Origin: the human T2T-CHM13v2.0 reference genome, Homo sapiens
DNA: 64,000 bases
Assembly (NCBI RefSeq): GCF_009914755.1
Contig: NC_060929.1
Reading direction: 5' to 3' (one strand)
Shown here piece after piece: positions 1 to 13,409 of this stretch (positions are counted from its first letter, which is position 1; the number at the start of each line of letters is the position of its first letter). A program made the position numbers and the translations under genes. The notes under the pieces were generated by a model that searched no databases, was not told the origin of the DNA, and saw only the letters and a list, made by a program, of their open reading frames with translations.

Positions 1-403
1 TCAAATTTTGCACTTCTTCCATAGGTACATGTTTTAAAAGGAACTCTGTTCTTTATTTTCAAGGTAAAAAGTTTCCTTTGTGCTAACTACATCTACATTA
101 CTAATTGATTATACTGTTTAGATCTACTTGGTTTGTAATTGACTAAGAAAGTTGAATTAAAGTTCTTAATCTTACTATATATCTGTTATGTATCTGTTTT
201 TTTCTTTAGGTAATTCTTGTAGTTTTCACTTTAATTAACGCTGATACTTTTATTTAGTTCTTCATTGAGAACTATACTCTTTGTCCATTTTTTGTTTCTC
301 AGCTTACTGAATCCCTCAATTTCATACATGTGTCTTACAAATACCATAATACTAGTTTTCGTTGGTGATCCATCCTGAATTTATTCTTTCATTCATAGGT
401 AAG

Positions 404-860
404 TGTATTACTTTCCTATTGGGCTGTAACAAATTAACACAGACTCAATGGCTTAAAACAACAGGAATGTATTATCTTACAGTTCTGGAGGTCAGAAGTC
501 TGAAATATGTCTCACTAGGCTAAAACCAAAGTGCTGACCTGGCTGTGTTCCTTCTGGAGCTTCTAGGGGAGAATTTGTTTCCTTATTTTTTTCCAGCTTT
601 CAGAGGCTGTCTACATTTCTTGACTTACAGTCCCTTTCTCCATCTTCAAAGCCAGCAATGGTGGGCTGAATCCTCCTCAGATTGCGTCACTCTGACCTTC
701 TGTTCTAGAGTTAAATCTTCCCTCTGCCTCTTTAAGAAACCCTTGTGATGGCATCAGGCCCACAGATAATCCAGGGTAACCTCCTATTTAAGATTGGCTG
801 ATTAACAACCTAAATTCCATCTGCAACCCTCACCATGTAACATAACAAATTCACAGCTAC
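404..860 (-). mobile_element. MaLR solo LTR (MLT1C/D-like)
   Basis: Starts with the reverse complement of the MLT1 3' end (TGTATTACTTTCCTATT) and contains the typical GGCTTAAAACAACAG...CAGTTCTGGAGGTCAGAAGTC. Confidence 0.8.
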
Positions 861-989
861 CAGGGAGCATTCCTCTATTTTCTTAGTCCTCTATGTTTTT
901 ACTTATTTATTAGTTCTTTATTAGCAAATTTTAGTGAATTTTTAAAAATATTTATATTTGTACTTTAAATATGCCATGGTAAATTGGAT

Positions 990-1420
990 TATTGTCTAAA
1001 ATTCCTCACTCCAGAGCAATATATTATTTCTACCCCATTGATGTTGGGCCTAGACATGTGACTTGCTTCGGCCAGTGAATTTTTTGCAGATGCAGCATGA
1101 GCAGAGGCATGAAATGTGCTTTACTGGTTGGCTTGGTTGCTTATGCTCTTGTGGTGTGCTATGAGAAGATTTCCTCTGGGTATCTGCTGCCCTTTCACCT
1201 GGATCCAGAGCTAATACAGGTGGATATCTAAACCCAGTCCATGGCCTGGAGCCAAGCCCAGATGGCCCACAGCCTCAGGCAGGGCTATCTGACAATATCA
1301 TTTCTAATCAGCCCAAACCTCGGTCAGACAAAGGACACATCAACAACAATGATGTTGTGATGTTCTGGTACACCACTAACTTCTTGAGGTTGGTTGTTAT
1401 ATAGCAAAACCTGGCTATAT
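990..1420 (+). mobile_element. Old MLT1 LTR (MLT1H-K-like)
   Basis: CATGTGACTTGCTTCGGCCAGTG ... GGTTGTTATATAGCAAAA motifs. Confidence 0.6.
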
Positions 1421-1699
1421 GATTTGTATTGCGACTGCCTTTTTTTCCAGCTTCCAGGGGCTGGAAGTTTAAACGTTATGTTTTTACTCTCAGCCATTAC
1501 ATGAAATCTTCAATATAATTTATTCCCCATCTATTTTTTGTTTTTACCTTTTCTTCCCCCAGTTTGGGTAAGGTCTATCATTTCTGTAATGTTTTACAAT
1601 ATATAACATTCACCTTCTCTCCTGCCAATTGAATACCCTCATTAATATCTCTTAGTTCTTCCATCAAATATGTATAATGCTCACTGCCAGTCCTTGTAT

Positions 1700-2600
1700 A
1701 TAGTTTCTCAAAAAATGTTTGGTTGGTTGAAGTTTGTCATTTTTATTTTCCTCAAGGAAGGCTCATGGGAACACATTCTCTGAGCTCTTGTGTTTTTAAA
1801 ATTGTATTTTTTTAACCTTTCTATTTAAAGAACTTTTTCACTGGGTATAAAATCATTGATTCATACTCTCTTTCCTTAAATATTAAGTGTTGTTCTACTG
1901 TCGTTTAGAATTGAATGTTGTTCTGGAAAAATCTGAAGCCAGCTGGGGACAAAGGAAATAAAGTCCTATATAAGATCTAATACTAGGAATCTTTATATTC
2001 ACAGTTCACTAATTTTTCTAGGAAATGTCTCAGCATTGACCATTCACAGTCACCTTTCTCAGGTACAAAATGTGTCCTTGGCAATGTGTAGATTCAAGTG
2101 TTATTTTATTTTAGGAATGCTTTCTTGATTTATACCTTTAATATTTGTTCTGTTTTGGGTTTTGTTTTCTTCTTTGGGAATGCCAGTTATGCATATATTT
2201 AATGTCCTTTTCCTGTGCATTAAATCTATCACTATCTATTCCTCTTTAACTCTATTTACATTTTACTTTGTTTGCGCTTCTCATTTCTATTTTCTATGTC
2301 ATTTCTTATATTTTTGTAGTGTTTATTAACACTTATGCTCTTTCAAGTATTGTCTTCATTTTCATCATGGTTCTATTCTGTTTTTTCTTCCCCTTCTTCT
2401 CTGAGTTTTGCCAGATCACGTTTCATCTTCTGCTGCCCTGCAAGCTCATCTCTGAGGTATTACATAATGGTTATTTTTAGAGATTATTGCTTCATTGTGA
2501 TGTTTAATTCATAGTAGTGTTTGTTCACAATTCTGATCTGTTCCAAAGCCATTTTACTACTGAACATTTTTATTCATAAATTTTGCTGTTCCCTTCCTCC
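1700..2600 (-). mobile_element. Degenerate L1M fragment
   Basis: T-rich sequence with CTGGGTATAAAATC...CTTTCCTT motif typical of antisense old L1. Confidence 0.5.
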
Positions 2601-2834
2601 TTTTTTTCATAGTATCTTCTTAAAAATGCAGCACTAGTGTATTTTTTATCACTTATTGTTAAACGCGTTAGGATTTCATGAGCCATGTATTTGCTATAGA
2701 CGGAGAGAGGCCAGGGTGGAATTATAATCAAGTCAGCTTTCACAACTCAGAGGTTCTCTTCTCCTCACTTGCTACAAAGTTAGGCTGCTTCTCTTAAACA
2801 AGGATTGTCTAACATGCTTCTGCATGTAACCTGG

Positions 2835-3317
2835 TGTGGAAGATTAAATTCCCATTCTCCCTTCTTTTCTCCCTGTAGTAACGCCATATATCTACATCTT
2901 TGCTACTGCCTTCTGGTGGATGGATTGTACTTGTCTACCCCTTGACTTGGACTTGGTCATGCAACTTGCTTTGGCTAATGAGCTATTAGTGAGTATCCCA
3001 TGACCAAAGGCATGACACTTGGCTAAGGAGCCATTAGTGAGTATGCCACGATCAAAAGCATGACATTGACTCATGCAGTTGAGTTTATCCTCTTGACTCT
3101 TGCTTTTCATCATGAGAAGAACATGCCTCAGGTAGCCATTGATTTAAGGAGGTTGAGATACATGTGGAAAAGACCAGCACTCAACCGTCAAACTTGGGTC
3201 AAACCTAGCTTAGAACAGCCTACATACATTAACCCCAGCCACCTTGAAGACACATGAGCAAGAACAAATGTCTATTGTTTGGGCGTGTTTGTTATATAGC
3301 AAAAGCTGACTGATACA
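2835..3317 (+). mobile_element. MLT1 LTR with internal ~48-bp tandem duplication
   Basis: CTTGACTTGGACTTGGTCATGCAACTTGCTTTGGCTAATG ... TATAGCAAAAGCTGACTGATACA terminus. Confidence 0.7.
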
Positions 3318-3719
3318 TCCAGCCTCCTCACTTCTCTGCACCTAACCAAGCTCAGGGGGACTTCTTCCACATCTTAATGTATTCTATTTCTTCACTCTCT
3401 TTTTTAATTAAATGATACAGTTTTTTCTCTTCAGAGTGGTTCCCCCAGCTTCAAGAAGTTTTTGTAATTTTTTTGGTCCAATGCGTTACTGAGCTCTCTC
3501 CTCTGCTGTTGGCTTCTCCCTCTTGCACAGCTCCTGGGTGCTCTTGGCAGCTCTTACCAAATATTTTTCAGTCTGTCTCCTAGCTTCACTGAAAAAGGAG
3601 TTTGAATTTTTGTTTTCTGTTCTCCTTATTGCTTTGGATGATTTCCAGGAAGAAACGAAGAGATTATGAAGTTTGCACATCCATTTTCAAATGGAAGTCT
3701 GCCTTGCTTCTAGAATAAG

Positions 3720-3965
3720 AAAGTAGCATGGAGTCTTGGAACAAATGTGGGCTTTAGAATCAGACGGACCTGAATCAGATCCTGGGTCTGCCACTAATTT
3801 CTGTGTGAATTTGAAAAATTTACACTGACCTCTCTGAGCTCCAGTTTGTTTCTTCAATCTATAAAAAGGATCTAGTAACACTTATCTCAGAGTTATTAAA
3901 AAGAACATCTTCAGAGAATGAAAGCTAAAATATGGACAGCATCTAGCAGTGCAAATAGTAGGCAC
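3720..3965 (+). mobile_element. MIR SINE
   Basis: GCTTTAGAATCAGAC...CCTGGGTCTGCCACT...CTCTCTGAGCTCCAGTTT core. Confidence 0.7.
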
Positions 3966-3989
3966 ACCAAAACATGAAATGAAAACCTA

Positions 3990-4343
3990 TTTTTTTTTTT
4001 TTTTTTTTGAGACAGTCTCACTCTGTCACCCAGGCTGGAGTGCAGTGGCATGATCTCGGCTCACTACAACCTCCGCCTCCCAGGTTAAAGTGAGTCTCCT
4101 GCCTTAGCCTCCTGAGTAGCTGTGATTACAGGCATGCGCCACCACAACCAGCTAGTTTGGTTTTTTTTTTTTTTTTGGTTTTTTTTTTTGTTTGGTTTTT
4201 TTGGTTTTTTTGTTTTTGTTTTTAGTAGAGATGGGGTTTCACCATGTTGGCCAGGCTGGTCTCAAACTTCTGACCTCAGGTGATCCGCCCATCTCACCCT
4301 CCCAAGGTGCTGGGATTACAGACGTCAGCCACTGGACCTGGCC
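3990..4343 (-). mobile_element. AluS with expanded central A-rich linker
   Basis: Full Alu dimer, poly-T tail, TSD TGAAAAC(C/A)TA, ~65-bp T/GT expansion at ~4155-4222. Confidence 0.95.
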
Positions 4344-4559
4344 TGAAAACATAATTATTATAATTCTTTCATTGCATTGTTGGTGGTGACTAGAGAATAA
4401 AAGATATGAGAATGCAGTTTTTAAAACACCTAGATGAAAAGGTACTAAAAGTACAGAGATATGTCTTCCATTCTGCTAAATCTGCACAGGAACAGTGAGA
4501 GCTGCTGATTCTTACAGAAGCTCAGAAAATAGGTTAATTCCTTGCATCCTGTCCCTCCT

Positions 4560-5070
4560 CTCCATACTTAGGTTTTCTATCCCCACCTCTACAGAACACA
4601 TGTCTTGGTTCTGGGCCAATGGCTCAAGCCAAGCCAATTAGCACAACCTCATTCCCTGACCACGATCCATTTGTTCATTGATGGGTATTTGATTAATTCA
4701 GGGCCAATGAGATTGTAAAAGATGTTAGCTGGTGGTTTTAGAAAAGCAAGGTTTTACTCTTCTGAGGGAATTTCTAAGAGCAACCTTGTCCCTCTCCCTT
4801 GACATGGTCATCAAGTCCCAGAAGATTTTGAGAGCCCTCTTAAAACTGCAACAGGAAAGGGTTATGGTCTTGAGATGAGGCTACCATGACAGAGAGGAAA
4901 CACAGAGAGAAAAAGACCCTGGATCCTTGATGATATTGTTGCACATCTGAATCAAAGCAACACTGGAGCCCATCCAACCTCTTCACTCTGTGGTAAATAA
5001 GCCAATTAACCTTCTTCAAAATGGTTATGCCCATTTGAGTTTGGTTGTCTCTTACTTGCAGCTAAATGTA
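4560..5070 (+). mobile_element. Old MLT1 LTR
   Basis: CAGGGCCAATGAGA and 3' TTTGAGTTTGGTTGTCTCTTACTTGCAGCT motifs. Confidence 0.55.
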
Positions 5071-5269
5071 CTCTATCATATTATCAGACAGCAAAGTTTC
5101 CCAACAATTCCCATCACCATCATTAACACATTCTCAGCAAAAGACCATCTTTAATCCTGTGTCCCAGGTGGTTTCCAGAATCAAAAAACCATTACTCAGT
5201 GTCCCTTTTATGATTCTGTTTTTTCATAGACTATGCTATTGTATGGGACCAACAAACGCTTATCAATAA

Positions 5270-5900
5270 AAGCTAACATCTGTTAAGTTCTTAATACATA
5301 CCAGTCTCTTTACCAAGCCCTTTGCTGCATTCTTTCATCTAATTCTTACAACATTCCTATGAGATAAGCACCACTGCCTCTTCCTACACAGGGAGAAACT
5401 AAGACTTAGCCATCTTAGCTCCCCGACCTAAGTTATAGATCAATAAACTGGTGAATCCAAGAGTTAAACTGACTCCAAAGTTGAATTCTTAAACACTTGG
5501 CTAAACTGTGTCTAAAAAATATTTATTGAACACCATCTATGCACAGAGAGGAATCAATTAGTTTTTCCTCATGAGTTGCTCGTGAGCTAATGGGATAAGC
5601 AAATTTGTACACAAATCATTATAGCACAGCAGGGAATGCAGGAACATGCCTGAAGAGACAAGTGGAGGCCAATTCAGGAAAAGTCCCGTAATACGCAAAG
5701 CAGCCAGGACTCTATCCTGAGGGTGATGGGGACCCAGGGAAAGCTTTTTGGCAGGGGGGTGACATGAACAGGTGCGTTGTGTAAACTGTGGATGTGACTG
5801 TAATGTGAAAGATAAATGAATGGAATGAGACTAGGGTTTAGCCAGCCAATGAGGAAGGTGTGCAATACTCCAGGTGTGATGCGATGTGCACATGGCCCGT
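5270..5900. mobile_element. MIR and L2 fragments
   Basis: MIR core GGGAGAAACTAAGACTTAG followed by L2-like ATATTTATTGAACACC... sequence. Confidence 0.5.
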
Positions 5901-6290
5901 GAAGAATATTCAAATGACTTCCCCTTGAATGGAAGAAAGAAAAGGAGTGTAAAGTACTTCCACATTCCGCCACAAGCACACATTCAGCCCAGTGGGAGCT
6001 GCAGGTGTGGACAGCACATCCTACATTAGGGAAGTGCCCCATCACACCAAAAACCATACCCCTGCCACCAACAATGAATATCACTCTTTTCTAGGTGACC
6101 TGCTGAACTGCCCAGCAAGTGCCTATGATAATTGGATTGCAGAGAATTAGGCCAGAGTCAGCCATGGGTTGGGTGTGGCCTCCAGAAGGAGAATGTGCTC
6201 CATTGTGCTTTCAACTATTGTAAAGACTAAATTGATTCTGTGACTCATCCCAGTTCTCACTATGGAAATCTGTCCTTAACCATGCCAAAG

Positions 6291-6312
6291 CACACACACA
6301 CACACACACACA
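6291..6312 (+). repeat. (CA)n microsatellite
   Basis: About 11 CA units. Confidence 0.9.
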
Positions 6313-6469
6313 AAAATGTAAACACATCCAAATGCACACAAGATGAAATGAAAAGAACACTTAATTGCAATCAGTCAATGGCGTAAGCCATTTCTTTATT
6401 TCTATCTGTGTCCTAACCTTTGTGGCATTGCTTCTAAGCCAGAGGTCATCATCAGACTATAATTGCTAA

Positions 6470-7900
6470 AATTTAGTGAGCATGCACATTAATGTATTCA
6501 TCTCATTGAATCCAAAAAGAAGAAAAGATCCTGTTATGTCAGTATTACTATCCCAATTTTGAAGAAGAGAAAACCAAGTCTCAGCAAGGAAGTACCTGAG
6601 CTGAGACTCGAATCCAGTCTGTGTAACTGGGACCCCATGCCTTCCAAAAATGAGTACTATCTTTCACATTTATCCAGCACTTCAGATTTACAGTAATATA
6701 ATGTTAGGTTGTTTAATCATCACAGCCACTCTCTATAAAACAATTGACATTTTTTTTTCAGGTGCATGGGCTGAGGCTTAGAGAGGGGAAATGACTGAGC
6801 TGGGATCACACAGCAAGGAGTAGAAGCAATGTTTCTATTCAACCTCCTGAGACAATTGTTCTAATCACAGGGAAACACTGTTCATTTCACTGTAGGAGTT
6901 TTGCACCTGCCTGGATTGATACGTACCTTCTATTTCTGACTCCAAATGGCTGAGTAATCTGCTCATGTTAATGCATCAACCTAAATTACAGTAGAAAAGA
7001 ATCTAAAGTTGACCACCACCTCATTATCTCACCCTTTTGCACAGAACAAACAAGAAGAAGAACAGTAGAGAATGTAGCCCTTGGCATTCTTTCAAAAAAA
7101 CCCTTTTCTTATTATTGTATTCTAAAGTATCTATGCACCAAAATTGCAAAGGAGTTTAAAGAACTGTCTTAAAACACATTTGGGAGTAGATTTGCTTCCT
7201 GTTCTTTAACAAGTCCTGGGCTGAGGTAAAGAACACTCATTTTATTCTTATGGGTCTTGAAATCCATGTCTTTCACTTTTTAAGAAATAGGATTAAAGCA
7301 TCAAAGAAAAGTCCTTATTGAAGGGCTTTGCGTGACTGGTCAAGAGTGAATTCACCAGCCATCTCTCCAGGCTGCTGTCAGCTCTGGCCACAGGGGACAG
7401 GCCACCATTGCCAGATCAGGGAAACTAATGAACCAAGAAAAAAGGAACTACCCCTTTACTGAAGGCCCACCACATGCCAGGGGCATACCACTTGCCAAGC
7501 ACTCTACACAGTCTAGGGATGCATAGCTAAAAGGCTAAATGCACACACCCTGGAAACAGCCTCTCTGGGTTTGAAGCCCAAATCTGGGCTATTGGCTGGA
7601 GGCCTTAGTCAAGTCTCTTAACCTCTCCATGCCTCAGTTTCTCCTCTGCACAATGAGGGCTGTAACACTAGCTTCTTCATTGTATTGTTGTGGGTTGGGA
7701 TATACAGAGAGCATAAAGTAATTCCTGGTACACAGTAAGAGTTCTCTTTCTTTAAATATTAACCATAATTATTACTACTGTCTTTTTTGATTCTTACACC
7801 CACTCTGTGAGATAGTGGTTCTCATCCTCTTCTGGTAGATGAGGAAACTGCAGCTCAGAGCAACAAGGCAACAGTGGCTGGGGAAGTGACTGGAAGAGAT
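6470..7900. mobile_element. Cluster of MIR fragments (~6470-6840 and ~7450-7900)
   Basis: Repeated MIR cores: GAGAAAACCAAGTCTCAG, CTGAGGCTTAGAGAGG, CTCTCCATGCCTCAGTTTCTCC, GATGAGGAAACTGCAGCTCAGAG. Confidence 0.6.
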
Positions 7901-8156
7901 GAATTTAGCCCTGGTCAGGCAAAGCATGGGCCTGTGGTCTGCACTCCCTCACCTCCAGCTGATGGGCACTATGCCAATATTTTCAAGTTTCACAATCCCG
8001 GTAAGTAATAACCCACAAGGAGAAACCCACAAGGTAGAAGTGCTGTCAACATAGGACAGTATACACAGATAGCTGGCAATCAAACACACACTATAATCTG
8101 GTTGTGTCTGGTTCTGCTACTTATACTCAGTCTCAGAAATTTTAATGACACTGTCT

Positions 8157-8560
8157 TCCATCCATCCATCCTTCCATCCACCCACACACTCACCCATCCA
8201 TCCCTTCATCCACTCACCCATTTATCCATCCATCCTTCCATCCACCCACACACCCATCCATCCATCCTTCCATATACCCACAAATCCATCCCTCCATCCT
8301 TCCATTCATCCACACACCCATCCATCTATCCTTCCATCCACCTACACATCCACCCATCCCTCCTTTCATCCACCCACACACCCACCCATCCATCCTTTCA
8401 TCCACCCACACACACACCCATCCATCCCTTCATCCACCCACCCACCTATCCATCCATCCTTCTATAAATCCATCCCTCCATCCTTCCATTCACCCACACA
8501 CCCATCCTTCCATCCACTCACATGTCCATCCATCCCTCTACCTATTCACCCATTCGTCCA
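8157..8560 (+). repeat. Degenerate (CCAT/CCAC)n simple repeat, ~400 bp
   Basis: Continuous CCATCCATCC/CACCCA units; explains the His/Pro-rich ORFs here. Confidence 0.92.
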
Positions 8561-8938
8561 CATATCAAATATTTACAGAGATCATACTCCTTGTCCTTCC
8601 CGGTAAAACTGCTAAAAATCTTTAAAATAATTCCAAGTTGAACTGCTTACTGAATTATGTGCTGGGTGCTACCGGGATATAAAAAGGCTATCTGACAGAT
8701 CTCAACCACAAATGTACACCCTTCAACACTGGCACCCAGAATATATTTATCATTTACCCTCTGTGCCCACCACCACCCCGCCCCGCAACAAGAAAAGAAT
8801 TACTCATGAGACAGTTCCTGATTTGCATCCAAGGCAAAGGGCCTTGTTATTTGGACAGCTGACACATCCAACTTTGCTAGCTTAAGATATATATTTTTCT
8901 TAATATTCAGATGAAACAACTTCAATCTCCCATCTACC

Positions 8939-9293
8939 TGCTATGGTCTGAATATTTGTCTTCTCCAAAAACTTGCATGTTGAAACCTAATGACCAATGT
9001 GATGGAATTAGGAGGTGGGATCTTTGGGCTGATTAGATTATGAGAGTTCATGAGTTTAGTGCCCTTATAAAAGAAGTTCCAGAGAGCTGTCTTTCACCTT
9101 GACATGAGGACACAGCTGTGAGAACACAGGGAGAAAATACCATCTTTGAACCAGGAAATGGGCCCTCAACAGACACTGACTCTGCTTGATCTTGGGCTTC
9201 CCAGCCTCCAGAACTGTGAGAAATAAGTTTCTACTGTTTATGAGATACCCAGTCTATGATATTTTATTGTAGCAGCCCAAACTGACTAAGACA
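8939..9293 (+). mobile_element. MaLR solo LTR (MST/MLT1A-like)
   Basis: TGCTATGGTCTGAAT ... CAGCCTCCAGAACTGTGAGAAATAAG ... GACTAAGACA. Confidence 0.85.
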
Positions 9294-12037
9294 CTCCCTA
9301 TCAGGAGCAGGTCTGTCTTCCCACCCAGGGTGATCCCAAGAACTTGCAGGGTGTCTATTCAGTCTAAGGAAGCAGTTCTTGTAGCAACTATCAAAAGATC
9401 AGAACACAAAAAGCTCTGCTTGACTCAATTGTTGCCTTAGGCAGCTTGGGCTCTGGGACTTTGGTGACTGATAGGGACACACTATTTTATTTCTGAAGAT
9501 GCATAACACCAAGGCCATGTCCAGCTGGGACATGCATCCCCATGGCCAAATGGTATAGGTACTATTTTCTCCAAATGCTTAATGAAGACAGCAAAGGGAG
9601 TAGGGAATACACAATCTCCTCTTCTTAAGTGTCTTGCTTTCTTGTGGTTGCTGCACCAAACCTCTACCTCCATAGTGAAGCTCTTTGGGTACTCAACTCT
9701 CTCAACACATGACACACACACACATAGTTCTGTGCAACATTTATAATCCAGGGAGTCTATGTTAGAAAGAATTCAGTCCATTATGCCATGTGTTCTGCCT
9801 AGAACTAGTCCTCCCCTAAATTTTGGAGAGCTTATACAAAGAGGTGAGTGGGTCAGAGTGTTGGGTCCAATGGTGCCTCACAGGCCAAGGAGATCATCCC
9901 AGCATCAGAACTTCAGTTTGGCCTCCACACACACTCCAGTCCGGTCTAGGGGAAGTCCTACCCTCCCCCATCCCAGGGCCCACCCACTCCCTGACCCATG
10001 ATGATTGGCAGCCAGAATGCCCATTCTCTTGCCTCCTGTTTCCCTAAAGACTGATACCAGCAAATTTCTCTCAGTTCAAGATCCTCAGTTACCACCCTAT
10101 ATTTCTTTTCAAATTTTCCACCACTTCATTTTCTGGTATCCTCCTCTTTTCCCCTGAGAAGCATCGCTATGCTGTGGCCTGGGGATGGGAGGGAGAATCC
10201 ACAGGCTGTGGGGATATTTCATAGGCTTCATCTAGGCATTAAATGAGGAAATGAATGCAAAAGTGCCCAGCACAGTGCCTGACACATAAAAGCACCAATA
10301 AGCTTCAGCTGTCTTCCCCCTTCTTCAAACTACTTAATTTTCTGTGAAACTAACACTTCTTTTCTAATTGCCCTTGACTTCACATTCTTTAGCCCATTCT
10401 TCGTTACTAATCCATTCTTGCTAGTTCCTCCTACATTCCTATTGTTCGTGTTAAAGATGACTTTTCTATTCACCTGTGTAAGTCTTGCTGCCTCCTACAC
10501 TGATTAATTTAGCTAGATTGAAAAGGAGGACTAGTGCTTCCTCCATAAAACTCCAATTAATCAATCATTTTAGAACTTGAGCTACTTTGTGTGGTGGTAT
10601 TTGTGGAAAGAGCAGGAATATTGCTGTCAGTCCTGAGAGGTGGCATTTACTGGCAGATAGACCTCAGACAAGTGATTTTACTCCTGTAAGCCTGAATTTG
10701 TTTATAGTACCCCAACTCATAAGATTGGTGAGATGTTTACAAATAACCTAAGAGAAGTTTCCTGGGCAAAGCCTGACTTACAGGTGCAAGGTAACATGAA
10801 ATTACTGCACTGAGACAGATTTAGTTCTGAGTATGTTTATGCCACTTAGCCTATTTTTGTATATAAATTGTACAGAATACTTTATCAAACAAGAATAGAG
10901 TATACATTCTTCTCAAGCTCATACAGAACATTCACCAAGATAGACCACATTCTGGGCCATAGGATACACCTTAACAAATTTAAACAGATAAAAGCATACA
11001 AAGTATGTTCTCAGACCACAATGGAATTAAACTAAAAATCAACAACAGGAAGATAACCCCGTATATTTATAAGTTAAACAGCACGTTTCTAAATATCACA
11101 TGGGTCAAAGAAGAAGTCTCAAAGTTAACAAATATTTCAAACTAAATGAAAGTCTGAATATCAAAATATGTGTGATACAACAAAAACAGTTCTTCAAAGG
11201 AAATTTATAATATTAATTGCATATAAGAAAAAAAATCCCAAATCAATAAGCTAGGTCTCCACCTTAGGAAACTACAAAAGCAAGAGTAACTTAAGCCTAA
11301 AGAAAACAAAAGGAAAACAAGAATTTTAAAAGCTAGAGCATAAATCAATGAGACTGAAAACAGAAAAAAACAATAAAATCAGCAAGCTGGTTCTTTGAAA
11401 GTTTCAATAAAATTGATAAATTTGACAAATCAAGAAAAAAGGAGAGATGTCACAAATTAAAATATTGGAAATGGGGGGGGTAAATGACTTTACAACTGAT
11501 TCCATGGACGTTAAAAGGATAAGAAAAGAATAATGTGAACAACTCTATGCCCAAAGATTTGATAAAGTAGGTGAAATGAAAGACAATTCCTTAAAAGATA
11601 CAAACTACCAAACTCATACAAAGAAAAAGATAACCTGAATATCCCTATATTTATTTAAAAATCAAATTAATAATGTTGCTCTTAACCTTCCAAAAAAAGA
11701 AAACACCAGGCTTAGAGAGTTTCACAAGTGAATTCTACCAAACATTTAAGGATTTAAGGAAGAAACAGTATCAACTCCCTACAATCTCTTCCAGGAAACA
11801 ATTTCTAACTCATTCTATTAGCATGAGGCCAGTACCATAACCAGATAAAGGCATCACAAGACATTACGAAAAAGAAACACTGTAGATCAAAATCTCTCAT
11901 GAACATAAGCACAAGAATCCTCAACAAAATATTATTAAATCAAATCCAGCAGTGTTTAGAAAGAAATTTACATGATGACCATATTGGATTTATTCCAGAT
12001 ATGCAAGGCTATTTCAACATTCAAAAATCAATCAATG

Positions 12038-13266
12038 GTCTGAAATCTTACATTTATGTCTTTAATCCATCTTGAGTTAGTTTTTGTATATGGTGAGAAG
12101 TAGGATTCTGCATATGGTTAGCCAGTTGTCCCAGCACCATTTATTGGGTAAGGTGTCCTTTCTTCATTGTTTATTTTTCAAAGAATTTATGATGAAGACC
12201 CCAAAAGCAAATGCAACACAATCAAAAGTTTCATTAAACTAAAGGAGCTTCTGCATAGTAAAAGAAACCCTCAACAGAGCAAACAGACAGCCTACAGGAT
12301 GGGAGAAAATTTTTGCAAACTATGCATCCAACAAAGAACTAATATTAAGAATCTTTAAGGAACTTAAATGAATCAACAAGAAAATAACAAAAAACCCCAC
12401 TAAAAGTGGGCAAAGGACATGAACAGACACTTCTCAAAAGAAGACATACAAGCAACCAACAAACATTTGAAAAAATGCTCAACATCACTAATCATCAGAG
12501 AGATGCAAATCAAAACCTCAGTGAGATATTCCCTCACACCCCAGTCAGAATGGCTATTATTAAAAATTCAAAAAATAGCAGATGTTGGCAAGATTGTGGA
12601 GAAAAGAGAACACTCATACATTGTTGGAGGAAATGCAAATTAGTTCAGCCCCTGTGAAAAGCAGTTTGGAGATTTCTCAAAGAACTAAAAATAGAACTAA
12701 CATTTGATCCAGAAATCTCATTACTGGGTATATACCCAAAGAAAAATAAGTCATTCTACTAAGAAGATAATAAGTCAATAAGTCATTCTACATGCACTCA
12801 TATGTTCACTGCAGCACTGTTCAAAATAGCAAAGGCATGGAATCAACCTAGATTCCCATCAGCAGTGGATTAGATGAAGAAAATATGGTACATATACACC
12901 ATGGAATAGTACCCAACCATAAAAAAGAATGAAATCATGTCCTTCAAAGCAACATGAGTGCACTTGGAAGCTGTTACCCTGCGTGAACTAATGCAGAAAC
13001 AGAAAACCAAGTATCACATGTTTTCCCTTATAAGTAGAAACTAAATCCCACTTGGGTTCACATAAACATAACAATGGAAAAAACAGACACTGAGGACTCC
13101 AAAATAAAGGAAGACAGGGAGCGGGGCAAGGGCTGGAAAACTTTCTTTTGCATACTGTGTTTACTATCTGGGTCATGGGATCAATAGAATACCCAAACCT
13201 CAGCATCATGCAATATGCCCTTGTAACAACCCTACACGTGTATCCCCGAATCTAAAATAAAAATAA
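12038..13266 (+). mobile_element. 5'-inverted (twin-primed) L1PA15-16/L1PB-like insertion
   Basis: Antisense ORF2 segment 12038-~12178, then sense ORF2 end and 3' UTR. TSD AAAAATCAATCAATG at 12023-12037 and 13395-13409. Confidence 0.85.

Positions 13267-13409
<143 letters not shown>

Noticed and set aside
8102-8606. His/Pro-rich ORFs
   Set aside because: Translations of the CCAT simple repeat.
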